This document shows positions 20,323 through 31,600 of a DNA stretch of 64,000 nt, one piece after another. The stretch lies in NCBI GenBank assembly GCA_965248355.1, contig OZ252098.1, positions 5,439,662 to 5,503,661 of the forward strand, in the 5' to 3' direction. A program made the position numbers and the translations under genes. The notes beneath the pieces were generated by a model. That model ran no database searches, was not told the DNA's origin, and saw only the letters and a list, made by a program, of their open reading frames with translations. Numbering within the stretch: position 1 is the first letter of the stretch; each line of letters starts with the position of its first letter. This DNA comes from Candidatus Latescibacterota bacterium (lineage in GTDB: Bacteria; Latescibacterota; UBA2968; UBA8231).

Positions 20323-20769
20323 ATGAGCTATGAGGAGATCAACAACGAGGAGGCCGCGTCCCGGCTCGACGCCGGCGACGGGCACGTATACGTGGACGTG
20401 CGCTCGGTTCCGGAGTTCCAGGACGGGCACCCCGCCGGCGCCGTGAACGTCCCCGTCATGCACCGCCAGGCCCTGGGCATGGTGCCCAACGCCGATTTCC
20501 TCTCCGTCATGGAGGCCCGCTTCCCGCGCGACGCCAAGCTGCTCGTCGGCTGCCTGAGCGGCCAGCGCTCGGCCGCCGCCGCCGGGATCCTGGGGGCCGC
20601 CGGGTTCACCGGCGTGAGCAACGTCAAGGGGGGGTACGGCGGCCTGCGCGCGCCTTCGGGGGAGAGCCTGGAGAAGGGCTGGGCGGAGCTCGGACTGCCC
20701 ACCGGCTCCGGGGACCCGGAGGGGCGCTGCTACGCCTCGCTGGCCGGGGACGAGGGAAGCGGCCCATGA
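20323..20769 (+). CDS. Rhodanese-like sulfurtransferase
   Basis: YVDVRSVPEFQDGHPAGAVNVP and active-site loop CLSGQRS; AGGAGG RBS. Confidence 0.88.
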   Translation: MSYEEINNEEAASRLDAGDGHVYVDVRSVPEFQDGHPAGAVNVPVMHRQALGMVPNADFLSVMEARFPRDAKLLVGCLSGQRSAAAAGILGAAGFTGVSNVKGGYGGLRAPSGESLEKGWAELGLPTGSGDPEGRCYASLAGDEGSGP

Positions 20770-21275
20770 GCCACGTGCAGCACCGCCAGGAGGCCCCTGA
20801 CGAGGTGGGCGTGGCGGTGATCACCGTCAGCGACAGCCGCAACCGGGACACCGACAAGAGCGGCCGGCTGATCCGGGAGCGCCTGATCGGCGCCGGCCAC
20901 AAGATCGTGCACTACGCCATCGTCAAGGACACGGCCCGGCAGATCAAGGGCGAGCTGGCCATGGCCATCGAAAGGGGCGGATGCCAGGCCCTGATCCTCA
21001 ACGGCGGCACCGGCATCGCGCCCCGGGACAACACCTTCGAGGTCGTGGACGGCATGCTCCAGAAGCGGCTGCCCGGGTTCGGCGAGATCTTCCGCTCCCT
21101 GTCCTTCAAGGAGATCGGGTCGGCGGCCATCATGTCCCGCGCCGCGGCCGGCACCTACCGGGGGCGGATCCTGATCTCCCTGCCCGGCTCCACCGCGGCC
21201 GTGCGCCTGGCCATGGACGAGCTCATCCTGCCGGAGCTCGGGCACCTGGTCCACACCGTCTCGCCAAGACGTTGA
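20766..21275 (+). CDS. moaB: MoaB/MogA molybdopterin adenylyltransferase family
   Basis: ITVSDSR..DTDKSG, NGGTG..PRD, LPGFGEIFR, SLPGS motifs. Confidence 0.88.
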   Translation: MSHVQHRQEAPDEVGVAVITVSDSRNRDTDKSGRLIRERLIGAGHKIVHYAIVKDTARQIKGELAMAIERGGCQALILNGGTGIAPRDNTFEVVDGMLQKRLPGFGEIFRSLSFKEIGSAAIMSRAAAGTYRGRILISLPGSTAAVRLAMDELILPELGHLVHTVSPRR

Positions 21276-21919
21276 CCGGCGGCCTGAACCCGCTGTTCCA
21301 GGTCGGTCTCGACGTGCGCGGCCGCCGCTGCCTGGTCATCGGCGGCGGGGCCGAGGCCGAGGGCAAGTCGGGCCGGCTGCTCGACGCCGGGGCGCGCCTC
21401 GCCGTCGTCAGCCCGGAGGCGACCGGGCCGCTGGAGGACTGGCACGCCCGCGGCCGCCTGGAGCTGCGCCGGCGGCGCTACCGGGCCGGCGATCTCGACC
21501 AGGTCTTCCTGGTGATGAACACGGTGCGCAGCGATCAGGTCCTCTGCGGCGAAGTCTTCGCCGCCTGCCAGGCACGGGGCATCCTGGTCAATACCTACGA
21601 CGACGCCCGCCGGTCCCACTTCGGCATGGGGGCCCTCGTGGCCGCCGGCCCCCTGCGCATCAGCATCAGCACCAGCAACGCCAGCCCGTCCCTGTCCAGC
21701 CGCCTGCGCCGGGATCTGGAGGGCCTCTTCGGTACGGAATTCGCCGAGTACCTGACCGCCCTCGGCCAGGCCCGGGACCACGTGCGGCGCACCGTCCACG
21801 ACTTCGAGCGACGGCGGCGGATCCTGCGCTCGCTGGTGGAGGGGGCGCGGCTGGAGGGGGCGGTGCGCCTGCCCGCCGACTGGCGCGAGCGGGTGCGGGC
21901 GATCCTGGAGGCGGAGTGA
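21272..21919 (+). CDS. Precorrin-2 dehydrogenase/ferrochelatase (CysG N-terminal, SirC-like)
   Basis: LVIGGG Rossmann motif, VNTYD, ISISTSNASP; TTG start overlaps the moaB stop. Confidence 0.8.
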   Translation: MTGGLNPLFQVGLDVRGRRCLVIGGGAEAEGKSGRLLDAGARLAVVSPEATGPLEDWHARGRLELRRRRYRAGDLDQVFLVMNTVRSDQVLCGEVFAACQARGILVNTYDDARRSHFGMGALVAAGPLRISISTSNASPSLSSRLRRDLEGLFGTEFAEYLTALGQARDHVRRTVHDFERRRRILRSLVEGARLEGAVRLPADWRERVRAILEAE

Positions 21920-21931
21920 GGCGCGACGAGG

Positions 21932-22288
21932 CTAGAGCTCGTCGTCGTCGTCCTCGTCGGGGTGGATGGAGAGCGGGAGGGGCGTCCCGCCGGGCTCGCG
22001 GGCCCGGTGCAGGGCCTCCTTGAGGAGGCGGCCGGGCTTGAAGTGGGTCTTGCGGCGGGCCGGGACGTAGATGATCTCGCCGGTGCGGGGGTTCCGGGCC
22101 GCCGGCTTGGGGCGGGTGTCCTTCACCTGGAAGACCCCGAAGCCGCGGATCTCGATGCGGTTGCCTTCGATCAGGCTGTCGCGCATGGCCACGAACAGGC
22201 TGTCCACCATCTTGGCGGCCAGGTTCTTCTTGCAGCCCGTGTTCTGGCTGACGAGAAGCGCCAGGTCCTTCTTGGTGATCGTGGACAA
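21932..22288 (-). CDS. HU/IHF family DNA-binding protein
   Basis: TKKDL, IEIRGFGVF, ARNPRTGE, FKPGRLLK; acidic tail. Start TTG 22288 or ATG 22321. Confidence 0.93.
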   Translation of the reverse strand: MSTITKKDLALLVSQNTGCKKNLAAKMVDSLFVAMRDSLIEGNRIEIRGFGVFQVKDTRPKPAARNPRTGEIIYVPARRKTHFKPGRLLKEALHRAREPGGTPLPLSIHPDEDDDDEL

Positions 22289-22368
22289 GGGACCGCATTT
22301 TCCGGCGGCAGAGAGTGTCATCGGCAGGACGCAGACCTGAGGGGCGAAATGTGGCCTTAGTTATTGGT

Positions 22369-22414
22369 TATCAAGCGGTTGCACAACATACTCCAGCCCC
22401 GGCGGGGATGTCAA
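22369..22414 (-). promoter_or_regulatory. Putative promoter of the HU/IHF gene with adjacent IHF consensus site
   Basis: Minus-strand TTGACA-18 nt-TATGTT; TATCAAGCGGTTG at 22369-22381 matches WATCAANNNNTTR. Confidence 0.5.
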
Positions 22415-22502
22415 GGAATTTCCGAGAGAAGCGCTTATTTTTTCAGGGAGTTAGACCAAGAAACGCCCGTCCCCGAGGCTCCGTGAGCAAGGGCGCCGCG
22501 CC

Positions 22503-23384
<882 letters not shown>

Positions 23385-23448
23385 GCAGACCTCGGCCGGA
23401 GCGGCGATCCCTTCCGGTTTCCTGTCGTATATTGAAGCTGGAGGACGC

Positions 23449-23829
23449 ATGACCACCCTCGACCGCCCGATCACCGCCGACGAGCTTCTGGAGATGCCGG
23501 ACGACGGATTCCGCTACGAGCTTGTGGCAGGAGAGCTGAGGAGGATGACCCCCGCCGGGGACGCCCACGGCGAGATCGCCGCCACCGGCCGGATCGAGGG
23601 ATTCCGGTCGGGGGCGCCGGACCTGGCGGCCGAGGTCGACTCTCCGGAGAAGGTCTTCGACTGGCTCGACGCCGGTTGCCGCCTCGTCCTCGTCGTCCTT
23701 CCGCAGACCCGCACGGTGACCTGCTACCGGTCGCGCGGCGACATCCGCGTCCTCGTCGAGGGCGAGTCCCTGGACGGCGGCGACGTCGTGCCGGGCTGGG
23801 TATTGCCGGTCTCGGACCTGTTCTCCTGA
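23449..23829 (+). pseudogene. Uma2-family endonuclease, internally deleted
   Basis: RYELVAGEL, APDLAAEV and LDGGDVVPGW are present, but the ORF is only 126 aa and lacks the central PD segment. Confidence 0.7.
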
Positions 23830-23896
23830 CGGCCCCCCGGCTTCGTCCGCGCCGGGCGCTTGCCGGCCCGGGGTCCGGCTCCGACCCTTCTCCGCC

Positions 23897-25156
23897 ATGA
23901 ACCTCTCCCCTCCGCGCGGCACCCGCGACTTCTACCCGGCCGAGATGCGGCTGCGCACCTGGCTCCACGGCCGCTTCCGGGAGGTGGCGGGGCGCTTCGG
24001 CTTCGAGGAGTACGACGCCCCCGTGGTCGAGACCGCCGGGCTCTACGTGCGCAAGGCCGGCGAGGAGATCGTCGACCAGATCTACACCTTCCAGGACAAG
24101 TCCGGCCGCGACCTGGCCCTGCGGCCGGAGATGACCCCTTCCCTGGCGCGCATGGTCCTGCAGAAGGGCGGCGCCCTCGGCCTGCCCATCAAGTGGTTCA
24201 GCGTGCCCCAGTGCTGGCGCTACGAGCGCATGACCCGGGGCCGCCGCCGCGAGCATTTCCAGTGGAACATGGATGTCTTCGGCGTTGCCGAGGTCACCGC
24301 CGAGGCGGAGCTGCTGGCCGCCGCCGTCGCCCTCTTCGAGGATCTCGGGCTCGGCGCGGGGGAGGTGGACGTGCGCGTCTCCAACCGGCGCCTGCTGCAG
24401 GACCTCCTCCAGGCCTGCGGCGTGGGCGACGACCTCTTCGGCCCCGTCTGCGTGCTCCTGGACAAGCTGGAGAAGGTGCCCCGCGAGGCGGTGGAGGAGG
24501 AGCTGGGGCGCCTCGGTGTCGAGGCCGCCGTCGTCGACCGGGCTCTCGAGTTCGCCTCCTGCGCCACCCTGGAGGAGGCCCGGGCCCTGGGCGGCGACGA
24601 CAAGGGGCTGGAAGAACTGGAGCGCCTCTTCGAGCTGGCCGCCGCCTACGGGTGCGCCGGCTGGCTGCGTTTCGATCCCTCCCTGGTGCGGGGACTGGCC
24701 TACTACACCGGCATCGTCTTCGAAGCCTTCGCGGCGCGGGGCGGGCTGCGGGCGCTGTGCGGCGGCGGCCGCTACGACCGGCTGCTGTCGGCCTTCGGGG
24801 GCCGCGACGTGCCGGCCTGCGGCTTCGGCTTCGGCGACGCCGTCGTCGTCGAGCTGCTGAAGGACCTGGGCCGGCTGCCGGAGCTTCCGGCCCGCGTCGA
24901 CGACGTGGTCTTCGCCTTTGCCGGCGACCTGCGGGCCCCGGCCATGGAGGTCGCCGCCCGGCTGCGGCGGGCGGGGCGCTCGGTGGATCTCATCCTCGAG
25001 GAGAAGCGGATGAAGTGGGCCTTCCGCCACGCCGACGCGGCCGGCGCCGGCCGGCTCGTGCTGCTGGCCCCGAAGGAGTGGGAGCGCGGCGTGGTCAGGG
25101 TGCGCGACCTGGCCACGGGCGTCGAGGTGGAGCAGCGCCCCGAAGAGCTGGGCTGA
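23897..25156 (+). CDS. hisS: Histidine--tRNA ligase
   Basis: RGTRDF, LRPEMTPS, RYER, RGLAYYTG, GGGRYD and a C-terminal anticodon-binding domain. Confidence 0.96.
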   Translation: MNLSPPRGTRDFYPAEMRLRTWLHGRFREVAGRFGFEEYDAPVVETAGLYVRKAGEEIVDQIYTFQDKSGRDLALRPEMTPSLARMVLQKGGALGLPIKWFSVPQCWRYERMTRGRRREHFQWNMDVFGVAEVTAEAELLAAAVALFEDLGLGAGEVDVRVSNRRLLQDLLQACGVGDDLFGPVCVLLDKLEKVPREAVEEELGRLGVEAAVVDRALEFASCATLEEARALGGDDKGLEELERLFELAAAYGCAGWLRFDPSLVRGLAYYTGIVFEAFAARGGLRALCGGGRYDRLLSAFGGRDVPACGFGFGDAVVVELLKDLGRLPELPARVDDVVFAFAGDLRAPAMEVAARLRRAGRSVDLILEEKRMKWAFRHADAAGAGRLVLLAPKEWERGVVRVRDLATGVEVEQRPEELG

Positions 25157-25158
25157 GG

Positions 25159-26226
25159 ATGACCAACGCGAAGATACTGATCGTCGAAGGGGACAAAGCC
25201 GTTGCCGCGCACTTGCAGGAGTGCCTGCAAAACCTCGGATACACGGTGTGCGCCGCGGTTTCCCGAGGCCGCGAGGCGGTAGAGAAAGCCGCGGCCTCGC
25301 CGCCCGACCTGGCCCTGGTCGACCTGGGGCTGGAAGGGGAGCTCAGCGGCCCGGAGACAGGCGAGCGGATCGGGAGCAGGGGCGGCTGGAGATCGTCGAT
25401 ACCATTCTCCACAACATCGGCAACGCCATCAACAGCGTCACCACGGGCATCGAGACCGTGCGCCGGACCCTGATGAACGACCCGGTCGGCCGCCGTCTCT
25501 TCGCCCTGGCCGCGGCGGTGCGGGAGCACCGGGAGGACTGGCTCGACTACATCGCCAACGACCCGCAGGGCCGCAAGGTGATGCCCTTCATCGTCGAGCT
25601 CGCAGAAAGCTCTTCCCGGCGCAACGAGGAGCTGATGAAGACGGTGGACCGGGTCCGCGACCGGGGCAGCCACATCGCCGACATCGTCCGCACCCAGAAG
25701 GCGCTGGCCGGTCCCGGCCTGGCTCGCAAGGACATCGACCTCCACGAGGCGCTCTCGGGCGCCGTCAGGGTGTTGAGGGACTCGCTCGACCAGAGGGGCA
25801 TCCAGGTCGCCATCGACTGCGACGGCGCGCCCCGGCGGATCCGCATCCAGGAGAGCCAGTTCCACCAGATGCTGGTCAACCTGGTCAAGAATTCCCTCGA
25901 AGCGATCGACGATCTCGCCGCGGCGCAGGGACTCGACGACACCCCCTCATCCGGATCAGGGCCGGCGCCGGGAAGGAATTCCTCAAGCTCGAAGTGATCG
26001 ACAACGGCATCGGCATCCGGAGCAAGGACACCCGGGTGCTGTTCTCTCCCGGGTACACGACGAAAGAGACGGGGAGCGGTCTCGGTCTCCATTCGGCGGC
26101 CAACTTCGTCATCGGCCTCGGAGGGCGCATGCAGCCGTTGAGCGAGGGCACCGGAAAGGGGACGACCATGCGCGTGACCCTGCCCCTTTCCTCGGTCGCC
26201 CCCCACGCAACGGGGGGAGAAGGGCC

Positions 26227-26230
<4 letters not shown>
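25159..26230 (+). pseudogene. Disrupted hybrid sensor kinase (REC fragment + HisKA + HATPase in three frames)
   Basis: REC MTNAKILIVE...DLALVD (frame 1); H-box LHNIGNAINS and N-box NLVKNS (frame 3); DNGIG, F.PGYTTK, GSGLGL (frame 2). Confidence 0.85.
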
Positions 26231-28116
<1,886 letters not shown>

Positions 28117-28347
28117 GCCGGCCGCCGGCCGCCGTCACATGGCACATCGAGTCGTCCCTCCTGCCCGTGTAGCCAATTGATACTCGTGTTGCAAAACGCT
28201 ACTCGCGGCGCAATTGCGACAGATCCTTTGGTTTTCCGGCCTCGGCTTTCCCCTGTAACTCCTTCATAGACACCCAGTTGTAGTAGTCCCCCACCTGCAA
28301 GTCCCGCCACCACCGCGCCGCCCGAGGCGGTTCGTCCGGGCGGTTCT

Positions 28348-28366
28348 GTGTCCCATTCTGAGACAC
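28348..28366. promoter_or_regulatory. Putative enhancer (UAS) palindrome
   Basis: GTGTCCCA-TTC-TGAGACAC, about 80 bp upstream of the -24 element. Confidence 0.55.
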
Positions 28367-28401
28367 TCCCGCAAGACCCCCCGGGCCTCCCACGAATGCT
28401 T

Positions 28402-28428
28402 CTAACTCCTTCATCTGCAAGGAGTTAG
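28402..28428. promoter_or_regulatory. Perfect 10-bp inverted repeat, IHF-like site
   Basis: CTAACTCCTT-7 nt-AAGGAGTTAG; TAACTCCTTCAT recurs at 28256-28267. Confidence 0.45.
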
Positions 28429-28444
28429 CTCTTCGTTTCAATAG

Positions 28445-28461
28445 CTGGAACGGATTGTGCC
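28445..28461 (+). promoter_or_regulatory. Sigma-54 (-24/-12) promoter
   Basis: CTGGAACGGATTGTGCC has exact GG-N10-GC spacing and is followed by GGAGG and an ATG at 28491. Confidence 0.65.
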
Positions 28462-28609
28462 TGTACCCAGTGATTCCCCCGGAGGGCAGGATGACGCACA
28501 GGCGCGTTCCTGCCCGCGGGTTCTTCCAAGAGGTACAACCGCCCGGCTCCTTGCGGTTTCTGCCGCGCAGGCGCAGGAAACGCAGGCCGCGCCAAGGCAC
28601 TTACAGTCC

Positions 28610-31600
28610 ATGTACGATTCATACGATCCATTGTGCCCGGGTCCCGGCGCCCCGCGGCGCGCCCCGCCGCGGTTGCGTTCCCGGAACCCCGCCGTCGCGC
28701 TGGTGTACCTGATCGCCGCGCTCGTCCTCCTCGCACCGGCCGGCATTTGGAGCCAGGTCAACCGGGACAGCCACCTGCCCGAAGTGTCCGTGAGCCTGGT
28801 GGGCGGCGTGTTGGGAACCTATGAGGATTTTCCCGTTCTGGAGGGCAACGTCATCCGCTTCGAGCTGACCCGCACGGGCGCGTTGACCGCAACGCTGGCG
28901 GTCGAGCTGGAGGTGACCTACAACGGCAGCCGGCAGACGCGTACGGCGACGTTCCCGGCCGGCGAGCAGACCGTCCAGGTAGACGTGGCCACGGACGAGA
29001 ACGAGGTGGTCGACGCCGCCCACCACTCGCTGACCGTCGCCATCCAGCCCGCCGCCACGTACCAGGTCAGTTCCGAGTCCGGCATGGTCAGCGTCGCGGT
29101 GCCGGACGACGACATCGAGATATTCGTGCGCCGCGCCTCCCTCAGCCCCGAGTCGGTGGTCGAAGGGGAGACGGACTACTACGACTTCGAGGTATCGCGC
29201 AACGGCGATACCTCGCTGGAGCTGGTCTCCGTGTACATGTTTGCGCAATTCGGCGACGGGGCCGTCACGCCGACGGTCAATGTGAATTTCGACGCGGGGC
29301 AGGCGTCGAAGCCGGCGCGCCTCCGATTGCCGGACGATGACGACCTCCACCAGGCCGACTTCACCGTGACGTACGGCGTCGCGGCGATCGTGGAACAGCA
29401 AGAGAATCGCAGCTACCGCCGGGGCGATCCGCATACCGCCACGTTCCGCGTCCTCGATGACGACCTGCCGGTCGTGGGAATCGCGGTGGCCCCCGAGAGC
29501 GGGGATGAGGGAACCGACTTCCAGATCACCGCGACCCGCGACGGGACCACCGGGGAATCCCTCACCGTGCTGCTGAGCGTGACCAGCAGCGGCGACTTCG
29601 GCACAGTGCCGTCATCATCCGTCACCTTCCCTCTGGGTGCGGCAGATACCACGCTGACCCTGCCGACGGACGACGACGATCTCGACGAAGCCGACGGGAC
29701 GTTGACCGTGACGCTCGACGAGAACGATGCCTACCAGATCGACGCCGACGCCGGCACGCGGTCGGTGACCGTGCGCGACAACGACCTGGTGCAGGTATCG
29801 ATTTCGGCGGATCACGACGACGGCGTCACCGAGGGCGAGACGCTCACGTTCACGCTCGCGCGCGGAGCACACAACACGGACGCGCTCGACGTGACGGTGG
29901 AGGTGAGCGAGACCGGCGAGATGGTTGCCGACGGCCTGGAAGGCTCGCGGACCGTGAGCTTCGGATCCGGTCAGGCAAGCGTATCGTTCACCGTGCCGAC
30001 GTCCACCGACCAGACCGCGGAAAGAGAGAGCACCGTATCGGCGCAGATCGAGGACATGGATGCGTATGCGCCGGGTTCGCCGTCAACGGCTTCGGTCACC
30101 GTGCGGGACGACGACCAGACCGTGATTCTGACGGTGAACCCGGACGCGGTGACCGAGGATGGGGGCGCGCAGACCGTGACGGTGACGGCGGCGCTGCACG
30201 ACCACACCAGCACCCGCGACACGCCGATCGATGTGACCGTGTCCGTGGCCGGGGAGACGGCGACCGCGGGGACCGACTTCCAGGCGGTGGCGGACTTCCC
30301 GGTGACGATCCCGGCCAACGCGCGCTCGGGAGCAGGCACGTTCATCCTGAACGCGATCGACGACGACGCATTCGAGGAAGACAAGACGCTCACCGTCGGC
30401 GGCGCCGCGACCGGACTGAAGGTGACCACCGCGACGCTGACGCTCACCGATGAGGACGTAGAGACCCTGCTGCAGGCGGTCCATAGGGACGGCAGGGAGA
30501 CCAACGCGACGACGGTTCGGGATATCCTGATCATGCGGGTGTTCTTCAAGGGCGCCGAGACCGTCACGGGATTCACGGCGGATGACATCGAGGTCACCGG
30601 CGGCGCCATCACCGAGATTGACCGACGTGACTACAGTACCGGCAGGATTGTCCACTTCGTCTGGATAGATGCCGCCGAGGACGCCGAGATGCTCACCTTC
30701 GTGGTGCGGAAGGATGCTATTGAAGAGGGCAATTTCCGCGCCGAGGCGACCTATACCGTTGTGCCGCCCCTCACCGTCACCCTGACCAGCGAGGCGACCG
30801 GGCCGGTGCAGGGCGACTTTGTCGTATTGGCGACGTTCAGCGAGCCGGTCAATTCAGGAAGTGGCGCGACGGAGTCCGTGGCGCACCTCTTCATCGTCGA
30901 CGAGGACGTCGATGTCGTGCATGGGAGGCGGCTCTACTCCAACGAGGTGTCGGCGACGCAGTGGCGGATCACCATCAGACCGGACGCCGGCTTCTACGGC
31001 ACCTTGCGGGTAACCATTGCGGAGAATGCCGCGTCGTTGCTGAACAACTCTCACATCTTCAACCAGGCGGCGGAGTTCGAGATCCTGGTGGACACCGTCT
31101 TCGACGACGCCGCGCTCGCCTCGCTGAGCCTGAGCGACGGCGTCGGTCTCGATCCGGCCTTCAGCTCGGGCCATACCGGGTACGAGGCCATCTTCGGCCG
31201 CGGCGTGACCGTGCGGGTACACGCGGCGGTGCGCGACCCCGGCGCCACCTTCGTCATCGAGCCGCGCTTCGACCAGAGCGACCAGTCTGCCGGTCACGAC
31301 GTGTTGCTGACGCCCGGCCGGGCGACCGAGATCACGGTGACCGTGACCGCGGAAGACCGCACGACGCGGCGCACCTATACCGTGCGGTTGGTCAACGCGA
31401 TCGTGACACTGGCGGTGACGCCGTCGCGCATCGGCGAGGACGGCGGGTCGGCCACGGTGACGGCGACGATCGATCCCCCGTTTACTCAGGGGGTGCGCGT
31501 GACGGTGGCGCCGGAGGCGGTGGCGCCGGCCGCGAGGGCGGATTTCATCGTCAGCGACCACAATTGGCTGGACTTCCCCGCCAATGCCACGGCGGCCACG

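Noticed and set aside
23860..25473. 537-aa ORF overlapping hisS
   Set aside because: Alternate frame of hisS; only the part from 25159 (REC fragment) is meaningful.
28140..28156. TGGCAC as a sigma-54 -24 box
   Set aside because: No GC at the required 10-nt spacing.
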